From the NCBI GenBank assembly GCA_016182875.1, contig JACPFQ010000004.1, positions 183,556-247,555 of the forward strand: a DNA stretch of 64,000 nt. Direction: 5' to 3'. Source of the DNA: Candidatus Doudnabacteria bacterium. Its GTDB lineage: Bacteria; Patescibacteriota; Doudnabacteria; UBA920; O2-02-FULL-48-8. Below are positions 56,967 through 64,000 of the stretch, in pieces. Below the pieces are notes generated by a model. It was not told where the DNA came from, made no database searches, and saw only the letters and a list, made by a program, of their open reading frames with translations. How positions within the stretch are numbered: position 1 is the stretch's first letter; each line of letters opens with the position of its first letter. The position numbers were made by a program, and so were the translations under genes.

Positions 56967-58043
56967 TTGGCTCATGGTTTTGACGAGATTATTTCTGTTG
57001 AGAATCTGCTCTTGGCTTGGCAAGAGTTTATCCGCGGCAAGAGGAATAAGCCGGATGTCCAACTCTTTGCTCACGCTTTGATTGATAATATTTTACAGCT
57101 TCACAATGATTTAGCCAACAAGACTTATCGGCACGGCGGATATTACCAGTTTAAGATTTCCGATCCCAAGCCGCGGGATATCAGCAAAGCCTCGGTTCGC
57201 GATAGGCTTTTGCATCATGCGATATATCGAATCCTGTATCCATTCTTTGACCGGACATTTATCGCTGATTCTTTTTCCTGCCGGGTTGATAAAGGCACGC
57301 ACAAGGCGGTCAACCGATTGCTGGCAATGTTCAGAAAAGCAAGCAAGAACAATACCCGCACATGCTGGGTTCTCAAATGCGACATCAGGAAGTTCTTTGC
57401 CAGCATAGATCATGATGTTTTGAAAAATATTTTAGCTAGACATGTTCCTGACATAGATATGCTTTGGCTTCTAGGGAATATTATTGATAGCTTTGGGTCA
57501 GATTGCTTCGTCGGCCGCCAGACTAAACCCCGGCCAGAAAACCGGCCTCCTCGCAATGACATTAAATCTGTCTTTGCGAGCGAAGCGAAGCAATCTCATA
57601 ACCAGGGTCTTCCCTTAGGCAACCTAACCTCCCAGCTCTTCGTCAACATATATATGAACGAGTTTGACCAGTTTGTGAAGCATAAACTCAAGGTTAAGCA
57701 TTATATACGCTATGCCGATGATTTTATAATTCTATCTCCAAGCGAAGAGGAACTCACTGCAATACTGTCACGTATTGCAGTACTCCTCAAGCAAGAGCTT
57801 AAACTGCGGCTTCATCCACATAAAGTCACTCTTAAAACCTTTGCTTCAGGCATTGATTTTTTAGGGTGGGTTAATTTTCCCCATCATAGAGTGCTACGCA
57901 CAGCCACGAAAAAACGGATGCTTAAGCGTATCCGTGTAAATTCAACCAATGAAACCTTGCAATCTTATTTAGGACTTTTAAAGCACGGGAATACTTTTCA
58001 AAAAATTTTCGCCAGCCCGCAGCAATGGCCGCGGGGAAGTTGA
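56967..58043 (+). CDS. DGR-type reverse transcriptase
   Basis: RT motifs: KCDIRKFFASIDH (2), GLPLGNLTSQLFVNIYMNEFD (4, DGR-specific LGNLTSQ), YIRYADDFIIL (5, YADD), GIDFLGW (7); TTG start after AGAGG RBS. Confidence 0.85.
   Translation: MAHGFDEIISVENLLLAWQEFIRGKRNKPDVQLFAHALIDNILQLHNDLANKTYRHGGYYQFKISDPKPRDISKASVRDRLLHHAIYRILYPFFDRTFIADSFSCRVDKGTHKAVNRLLAMFRKASKNNTRTCWVLKCDIRKFFASIDHDVLKNILARHVPDIDMLWLLGNIIDSFGSDCFVGRQTKPRPENRPPRNDIKSVFASEAKQSHNQGLPLGNLTSQLFVNIYMNEFDQFVKHKLKVKHYIRYADDFIILSPSEEELTAILSRIAVLLKQELKLRLHPHKVTLKTFASGIDFLGWVNFPHHRVLRTATKKRMLKRIRVNSTNETLQSYLGLLKHGNTFQKIFASPQQWPRGS
57501..57597. repeat. ~97-bp palindromic element (GCGAAGCGAAG family) lying in frame within the RT gene between motifs 3 and 4
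   Basis: gattgcttcgtcggccgcc...ccggcctcctcgcaatgaca...tgtctttgcgagcgaagcgaagcaatctc; encodes ...GSDCFVGRQTKPRPENRPPRNDIKSVFASEAKQSH... Confidence 0.5.
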
Positions 58044-59247
58044 CCGTAAGCTTGAAGGTTGGCGGTTTGGTTCCTGTCTGCTTTAAATTATAGACTTTTG
58101 GCTCCCGTTGGTCGTCCATTTTGCCCGGCGGATGTTCTGAAAGAATATCATCCAAAAATTTATCGAGGCTTTCAACTCCAATTTCACGTGAGGTGCTTTG
58201 GAAGCTTTTGGCAGCCAAATCCAAAATCAGCTCGAGATTGAGTTTGGTCTTGGCCGAAGCAAAGACCACAGGCAAAAACCATGCCTGAGGGAAGTAATCA
58301 GGCAAGATATTTAAAAGTTTGTCCCGCTCGCCCTCCCCCACCAGGTCAATTTTATTGAGAACGATCACAGCAGGCTTGTTGTGTTCGGCAATTTGCTGGG
58401 CCACGACTTGGTCAGCGACCGTAATTTCGCCGGCAGCGTCCAGGACGAACAGCGCGACGTCGGTCTGCGAAAGAACTCGCAGGGACTGGAAGGCGCTGGC
58501 CGTTTCCACGTCCGAGTCCTGCTTCCATTTTTTTTTGATTCCGGCCGTATCGATCAGCGTGAATTTATTTTGCTCATAGTCAAATGGAATGTCCACTGAA
58601 GATCGGGTCGTGCCGGCCTTGTCATGGACCAGCAGGCGCTCCTGTTTGAGCAGGGCGTTGATGAGGGAGGACTTGCCGACGTTGGGTTTTCCGACGAAAG
58701 CAATTTTAATCCGTTCTTCCTCTTCTAACTGGCGCACCGGAAATTTATCATTTAGTATTTTAACTATTTCATCCAATAAGTCGCCGATCCCGGCGCCATT
58801 GATGGAGGAGATTAAAAACGGCTTGTTGAGCCCCAGTTTTAAATATTCAAAAGCCAAGGTTTCGGTTTTGACGTTTCTCGTTTCAATTTTATTTACGGCC
58901 AAGACCACAGGTTTTTTTTGCTGCGAAAGCCTGCCGGCCACGGTAAAGTCTTTACTTCCGGGAGAAGTTCTGCCGTCAACCATAAGCAGAATCAGGTCAG
59001 CTTCTTCTTGAGCGATCTCGGTTTGTTTTTGGACATCCCGCTCCAGATCCGAGCCGGGTCTGGCGACGCCCGCAGTGTCGATAAGATAAAAACTCCGTCC
59101 GCTCCAGGAAGTTAGGCCGAAATGCCGGTCTCGGGTGGTGCCCGCTTCCGGATAGATTAGAGCCTTTCGGACTCCCAGGATTTTATTAAAAAATGTCGAC
59201 TTGCCGACGTTGGGAAGGCCAATTATGGCAACGAGCGGAGTATTCAT
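57922..59247 (-). CDS. der: ribosome-associated GTPase Der/EngA
   Basis: Two tandem GTPase domains (GLPNVGKST, GKPNVGKSS) plus KH-like C-terminus; 3' end overlaps RT 3' end by ~120 bp. Confidence 0.9.
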   Translation of the reverse strand: MNTPLVAIIGLPNVGKSTFFNKILGVRKALIYPEAGTTRDRHFGLTSWSGRSFYLIDTAGVARPGSDLERDVQKQTEIAQEEADLILLMVDGRTSPGSKDFTVAGRLSQQKKPVVLAVNKIETRNVKTETLAFEYLKLGLNKPFLISSINGAGIGDLLDEIVKILNDKFPVRQLEEEERIKIAFVGKPNVGKSSLINALLKQERLLVHDKAGTTRSSVDIPFDYEQNKFTLIDTAGIKKKWKQDSDVETASAFQSLRVLSQTDVALFVLDAAGEITVADQVVAQQIAEHNKPAVIVLNKIDLVGEGERDKLLNILPDYFPQAWFLPVVFASAKTKLNLELILDLAAKSFQSTSREIGVESLDKFLDDILSEHPPGKMDDQREPKVYNLKQTGTKPPTFKLTVNFPAAIAAGWRKFFEKYSRALKVLNKIARFHWLNLHGYA

Positions 59248-59265
59248 TAGAAATTTAGAATTAAG

Positions 59266-59323
59266 AATTTTGAATTTTGATTCAAATTCGAATTTAAGAA
59301 ATTAGAATATTCATTCGAAATTC
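59266..59323. repeat. 58-bp intergenic repeat, copy 2 (copy 1 at 7822..7879)
   Basis: Identical sequence. Confidence 0.6.
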
Positions 59324-59344
59324 AAAACTCAGAATTTAAAATTA

Positions 59345-60700
59345 CTACAATGCATCCTTCCCCAGAATAATCACAAAATCTGCGGTTGAATTGGTATAGG
59401 GAACGTCGGCGATGTTGAAATTAAAACTATTTTTAAGATAGTCGGCCATGTTGGGAAATTTTCCGCCTGAATTATCATATAATATGGTCCGCTCGTAAGG
59501 GACCCGGCTTTTGAATGTGGTAACTTTCGTGTTGGGGACTACTTTTAGAAGCTGGCCGAGGCCATCGAGGGCATAGGCGTTGCCCGTAGAATTTTGAATT
59601 TCTATGGTCGCGTTTTCTTTTTTCAGCTTGGCAGCCGTAAAAATATTTTCCAGATGTTCATGTACGTCCTGGTAGGTAATGCCTTCGCATGGCTGAATAA
59701 CGTAAGCCCTGGCGGTATAATCCTCTATGATTCCCTGGCAGATTAAGTTTCCATCAGGCTCGAGGGAAAAGGAATATATTTTTTCCGATTTTATGCCTTT
59801 TCCGATTTCGGCCAGCCGCTTCATTTCGTACGGCTCGAGGTTGGTCCGAAAGTGATCTGTAAAGTCGTTAAGAAGGTTGCTGATTTTTTTAAGGTCAATC
59901 AGATTTAGCTTGATGACTTTTTGAGCAAAGGCCGAAATGATTTTTTTCTGCCGTTCACTGCGGGCAAAATCCGAGCCTTCGCCGCTGCTCCCGTGCCGGG
60001 AGCGCGCAAATTGCAGCGCCCGCTTCCCATCCATGTGGTCAAAGCCTTCTTTGAAGCTTACTTCCGGCAGATATCCGTATGTTTCGTCAGGGTAGGTGGA
60101 ATCAGTAAAGCTCCGCTCGACGTAGACATCTAAGCCCCCGACATGATCAACCGCTTTGACAAAGCCTTTGAAGTCCACGACCGCAAAATATGGAATCTCC
60201 CAGCCGGTCAATTTTTCAACGGCTTTTATGGTTGCCTCTCCGCCCGTGCCGCTTCCAGCCTGTTCCGCAAAGGCGTAAGCAGAGTTAATTTTCCGAAAGC
60301 CCGCCGAAGGAAGGCCGACTATGAAGTCCCTCGGGATTGAGAGCAACACTGCTTCTTGGCTTTCAGGGTCAATTTGAGCCGCAATAATCGTGTCAGTCAG
60401 CAGCGGCCCGTCGTGCCCCTCTCCTCCCATCCCCAGGAGCAGAATGTTGACGCGGCCCTCATCTTCGCCGGCCAGTTGCTTATCGCCTCCTATCAGAAGT
60501 TTTCCAAACCGCACGAAAGGATTTTCTTGCCTGCTGAAGATCTGGTTCGTCTTTGACAGCAATTTGGTGGTACCCCAGGTCGCCGCGACAAACAAAATTA
60601 AAAGAAGCAGTAAAAAGAATCGCAGTTTCCTGCGCGGGTGTTTTATTTGAGGAGGCAAACGCCGCACTCCTGGGGTTGAAATTGCGTCAAAAGACCTCAT
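59345..60700 (-). CDS. LytR-CpsA-Psr (LCP) family cell-envelope phosphotransferase
   Basis: N-terminal TM, LCP core (NILLLGMGG...DTIIAAQIDP...LSIPRD). Confidence 0.8.
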   Translation of the reverse strand: MRSFDAISTPGVRRLPPQIKHPRRKLRFFLLLLLILFVAATWGTTKLLSKTNQIFSRQENPFVRFGKLLIGGDKQLAGEDEGRVNILLLGMGGEGHDGPLLTDTIIAAQIDPESQEAVLLSIPRDFIVGLPSAGFRKINSAYAFAEQAGSGTGGEATIKAVEKLTGWEIPYFAVVDFKGFVKAVDHVGGLDVYVERSFTDSTYPDETYGYLPEVSFKEGFDHMDGKRALQFARSRHGSSGEGSDFARSERQKKIISAFAQKVIKLNLIDLKKISNLLNDFTDHFRTNLEPYEMKRLAEIGKGIKSEKIYSFSLEPDGNLICQGIIEDYTARAYVIQPCEGITYQDVHEHLENIFTAAKLKKENATIEIQNSTGNAYALDGLGQLLKVVPNTKVTTFKSRVPYERTILYDNSGGKFPNMADYLKNSFNFNIADVPYTNSTADFVIILGKDAL

Positions 60701-60844
60701 TGTTTAATAATTATAGCCTAAATAGGCATTTTTTGCTACGCCGACGCTGCGGTCGGCGCCCCGACCTTCGACGTTTCTGTCGGAGCGTCGGGGTTGAAAT
60801 GGCGTCGGCACTCTGGTAAACTAATAGGGCATTTTTAAATTTGA

Positions 60845-60921
60845 GGTCACTTAGCTCAGCTGGTTAGAGCGCGTCGTTCACATCGACGAGGCCGCTGGTT
60901 CGAGTCCAGCAGTGACCACCA
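60845..60921 (+). tRNA. tRNA-Val (anticodon CAC), CCA encoded
   Basis: Cloverleaf; anticodon loop TTCACAT; T-arm GGTTCGAGTCC. Confidence 0.9.
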
Positions 60922-60980
60922 CTGCTTCGCCAAGGCTTCGCAGTGCTAGCAGTGTCCTGCGTAGCTTTACGCGAAGCAGG
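60920..60980. repeat. short copy of the MITE-like element of 11837..11972, abutting the tRNA-Val 3' end
   Basis: cactgcttcgccaaggcttcgcagtgctagcagtgtcctgcgtagctttacgcgaagcagg begins within the tRNA CCA. Confidence 0.5.
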
Positions 60981-60991
60981 ACAGCATATTT

Positions 60992-61618
60992 ATGGACGAG
61001 TCTGAATCATCAAATAGCAATACAAGGAACTCTTCCGGCTTGAGCGGTATCTTTGTTTTCGTCTGGGACTTTTTGAAGGTGATTATCATCGCGCTCGCAA
61101 TCATTTTGCCGGTGCGTTATTTTTTATTCCAGCCTTTTATAGTTTCAGGTTCATCCATGGAGCCAAATTTTTCCCACGGCGAGTATTTAATCATTGACGA
61201 AATATCTTATCGGTTCCAAGATCCCACTCGCGGTGATGTGGTCGTGTTGCGCTTTCCCAAGGATCGCAAGCAATTTTTTATCAAACGGATTGTGGGCTTG
61301 CCAGGCGAAACAGTAACCATAGACAACGGCCGGGTGACAATCAAGAATAAGCAGCATCCTCAGGGTGAGGTTTTGGAAGAAAAGTATCTGCCAAACCAGG
61401 GGCTAACCTTCCCTCACAATACCTCACTGGTGGGCGGGAAAAAAAGCCTGACGCTGGGCGCGGATGAATATTTGGTTTTGGGAGACAACCGCTTGGCTTC
61501 TTCCGATTCGCGTGATTGGGGAATCCTGGAAAGAAAAGATATGATAGGGAAAGTTTTTATTCGCGTATTGCCGTTGACCGAGTTTGAGCATTTTAAGACC
61601 CCCGCTTATAGCTTTTAG
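60992..61618 (+). CDS. lepB: signal peptidase I
   Basis: Catalytic SM (GSSMEP), K in RFQDPTRGD region, GDNR...SxDSR box E. Confidence 0.85.
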   Translation: MDESESSNSNTRNSSGLSGIFVFVWDFLKVIIIALAIILPVRYFLFQPFIVSGSSMEPNFSHGEYLIIDEISYRFQDPTRGDVVVLRFPKDRKQFFIKRIVGLPGETVTIDNGRVTIKNKQHPQGEVLEEKYLPNQGLTFPHNTSLVGGKKSLTLGADEYLVLGDNRLASSDSRDWGILERKDMIGKVFIRVLPLTEFEHFKTPAYSF

Positions 61619-61714
61619 ATTAAAAACAGAAAAAAATAGGTGCGCAGTCCGGTCGAATGACCGGACGAGTACGATTTTTTTCTGAGAGGAGTAATAAGTC
61701 GACCGAAGCACATT

Positions 61715-63043
61715 TTGCGAAGCAAAATTGCACAGGTTCGACCAATTACGACGATGGGACGACCCAAAAAAGCCACACCGATTATTGAAAAAGCTCCGCC
61801 AAAAGTGGCCGGAGCCTTTGATGTATTGCCAGAGCAGCATCTGCCCTATGGCTTCTTTTTTGATAAGCTTAATAATTTGGCCCATACTTTCAGCTATTCA
61901 AAAATTGATACCCCGCTGATTGAAGACGCCCGCCTGTTTCGATTTTGGAAAAGCGCGTATCCCAAAGAAAATTTAATAGAAATCATGAGTGATGACGGCA
62001 AATCTTACCTGGCGGTTAAGCCCAGCAACTTGTTCAGTCTGGCCCGCGTTTACCTCGAGCATCATTATTTTGAAAAAGAACGAACCTGCAAATGGTTTTA
62101 TGCTTCACCCACGGCGCACTTTGGGGCAAACAAAGAGCTGCATCAAATCAACGAATGGGGGTTTCAGATTTTTGGCGAGACCTCAGCGATCGCCGATGTT
62201 CAGTTAATGAACCTGCTGCTGAAATTTTTTTCCGACCTCGGCCTGCCGCAGGTAGGCTTGGAAATCAATAATATCGGCTGCCTGGAATGCCTGCCCCCAT
62301 ATGCCGAAGTTTTGAAGAACTTTTTTAAAGATAAAAAATACGACCTTTGTGAAAATTGTCTTGAGGACTTGGAGCACAACCCGTTAAACATTCTGGCCTG
62401 CGACAACCTCTCCTGCACCACCGCCGCCACCGATGCGCCGGTGCTGGTCGATTATTTGTGCGAGGCCTGCCGCAAGCACTTCATCGGAGTGCTCGAGGGT
62501 CTGGATGAATTAAACATCGGATATAATCTCAATCAAAAGGTAATCGGCAAGCCATGGTCGAGAAGGACTGTATTTGAAATTCGCCACAAAACCCCTGACA
62601 ACCAGGAAATGGTTTTGGGATACGGCGGTCATGCGGACGATTTGATTCAAAGCCTCGGCGGCCCCCAGGTTTCCTCTTTAGGATTCGTTGGCTCACAAGA
62701 GCAGGCAATTTTGGCCCTGGAGCATACCAATAACAAATTCGCCACCAAAAGCAAAGTTGAAGTTTTCCTCGTGCCCTTGGGAGAGCTGGCCGCCAAGAAA
62801 TCTCTCAGATTATTCACGGAACTTTGGAACCATAATATCATCGCCTCCGAATTTATCGGCCCTGGTTCGATTAAAACCCAGCTGCGCCTGGCTGAATCAA
62901 ACAAGGTCAGCATCGCGTTAATCATCGGCCAGAAAGAAGCGCGCGAAGGAACGGTAATTTTGCGCGATGTGCCTTCCGGCATGCAGGAGCTGTTTACGGT
63001 GGAGAGGATCATTGAAGAAGTTAAGAAAAGGCTTGGAAAATAG
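61715..63043 (+). CDS. hisS: histidyl-tRNA synthetase (divergent class II aaRS with anticodon-binding domain)
   Basis: FDVLPEQ (RD.LP.E-like motif), class II core, C-terminal anticodon-binding domain (VFLVPLG...); true start may be Met 61754. Confidence 0.65.
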   Translation: MRSKIAQVRPITTMGRPKKATPIIEKAPPKVAGAFDVLPEQHLPYGFFFDKLNNLAHTFSYSKIDTPLIEDARLFRFWKSAYPKENLIEIMSDDGKSYLAVKPSNLFSLARVYLEHHYFEKERTCKWFYASPTAHFGANKELHQINEWGFQIFGETSAIADVQLMNLLLKFFSDLGLPQVGLEINNIGCLECLPPYAEVLKNFFKDKKYDLCENCLEDLEHNPLNILACDNLSCTTAATDAPVLVDYLCEACRKHFIGVLEGLDELNIGYNLNQKVIGKPWSRRTVFEIRHKTPDNQEMVLGYGGHADDLIQSLGGPQVSSLGFVGSQEQAILALEHTNNKFATKSKVEVFLVPLGELAAKKSLRLFTELWNHNIIASEFIGPGSIKTQLRLAESNKVSIALIIGQKEAREGTVILRDVPSGMQELFTVERIIEEVKKRLGK

Positions 63044-63056
63044 GCACGGAAACCAA

Positions 63057-63084
63057 ACACCCCAACCATGCCGGGGTGTTTTTA
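63057..63084 (+). terminator. rho-independent terminator
   Basis: cacccc-N9-ggggtg + T5. Confidence 0.6.
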
Positions 63085-63161
63085 AAATATTGTCACTTAT
63101 AGTATGTAGATGGATTTCGTTCAAAGATATATCATGTAGTCAATAAGTTACCAGACTTTAT

Positions 63162-63368
63162 ATGACCGACATCAAGAAACAACTAGGTCAGAGAATCAAA
63201 GAGCTCCGCCTGAAAGCACAATATTCTCAAGAAGAACTAGCGGCTAAAGCGGGCTTACACCGCACGTACATGAGCGATATAGAAAGAGGCGAGCGCAATG
63301 TCTCTGTTGAAAATATCGAAAAGATAGCTAAAGCACTGGGTGTTAAGTCTTCGGATTTACTGCCGTAA
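63162..63368 (+). CDS. XRE-family HTH protein, likely R-M controller (C) protein
   Basis: 68 aa HTH_XRE (QEELAAKAGLHRTYMSDIERGERNVS) immediately upstream of a restriction endonuclease gene. Confidence 0.65.
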   Translation: MTDIKKQLGQRIKELRLKAQYSQEELAAKAGLHRTYMSDIERGERNVSVENIEKIAKALGVKSSDLLP

Positions 63369-63375
63369 CAATCGT

Positions 63376-64000
63376 ATGAAAAGATTTGATATAAAAACCG
63401 TTCTTGAAGAAGAGATCAATAAGATTGGCCTCGGCTGGGATATAAAAGGCGTTATTGATTCGCAAAAGCGAATTTACACCATCAATAATGACACCAAACT
63501 TATTTCCAAAGTTTTTGAATTAGTTACTACGCCAATAGTTTTAGACATTGCGGAAAAAAACAAACTTAAGCTTGTCGAATCGGACAGGCAAACAGTGTAT
63601 CCAGATTTTACTTTCATAATGTCGGACAAAACAAAAATTGCATTGGATATTAAAAGCACTTACCGGCGAAATGGTGACAGAGTAGCGGGCTTTACGCTTG
63701 GTTCCTATACGGCATATTTGAGGAATCCGACGAAAAATATAATGTTCCCATACCACGAATACAAGGAACACTGGATTTTAGGGTTTATTTATTCGCGAGC
63801 GGCAAACGTTAAAGCCGACATCGTTCCTATCACAAAATTGGACGATATTGTTCCGGTCATCAAGGACATAGAAATAATCGTACAGCCAAAGTATAAAATC
63901 GCTTCTGAAAGACCTGGAAGCGGCAACACCGCAAACATCGGTTCAATATCGGAAATTAAAAAACTTCAAGAGGGTGAAGGACCGTTTGCGAAATATGGCG
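63376..64000 (+). CDS. EcoRV-family type II restriction endonuclease, 3' end truncated by window edge
   Basis: Strong identity to EcoRV: KRIYTINNDTKLISKVFEL, YPDFTF, KIALDIKSTY (PD...D/ExK), GSGNTANIGSI. Confidence 0.85.
   Translation, partial: MKRFDIKTVLEEEINKIGLGWDIKGVIDSQKRIYTINNDTKLISKVFELVTTPIVLDIAEKNKLKLVESDRQTVYPDFTFIMSDKTKIALDIKSTYRRNGDRVAGFTLGSYTAYLRNPTKNIMFPYHEYKEHWILGFIYSRAANVKADIVPITKLDDIVPVIKDIEIIVQPKYKIASERPGSGNTANIGSISEIKKLQEGEGPFAKYG

Noticed and set aside
1-64000. CRISPR arrays, rRNA genes, integrases/transposases
   Set aside because: No regularly spaced direct repeats with unique spacers, no rRNA-like conserved stretches and no recombinase-like ORFs were found on either strand

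Overview
This 64-kb window is a low-GC (~42-45%) segment of a small bacterial chromosome with a compact housekeeping backbone typical of Patescibacteria/CPR. Core genes include rpsF-ssb-rpsR, efp, ychF, phosphohexomutase, trpS, RNase J, secG, uvrC, uvrA, hrcA-grpE-hsp20-dnaK, dnaJ, topA, dprA, pth, der, lepB, hisS and tRNA-Leu, tRNA-Lys and tRNA-Val. The window also carries: (1) a complete diversity-generating retroelement (DGR): a target gene with a C-terminal variable repeat (VR), a template repeat (TR) differing from VR at 17 positions that are all TR adenines, an antisense Avd-like gene and a DGR-type reverse transcriptase (RT). (2) Seven or more GC-rich (about 55-62%) insertions with their own RBS and terminators: a MoxR AAA+/vWA pair, a pfkB-GNAT-PRTase-TonB-like block, dapBA plus a two-gene unknown operon beside tRNA-Lys, and four orphan ORFs. 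(3) An AT-rich block downstream of tRNA-Lys encoding membrane, Zn-ribbon-vWA and secreted SNase-Excalibur nuclease proteins. (4) A C-protein-controlled EcoRV-family restriction endonuclease cut by the window end, and a VapBC pair. (5) At least five families of short palindromic or MITE-like repeats, some apparently inserted in frame in uvrC and in the DGR RT. No rRNA and no CRISPR array were seen. Coordinates were derived by hand from the printed sequence and may be off by 1-2 nt.
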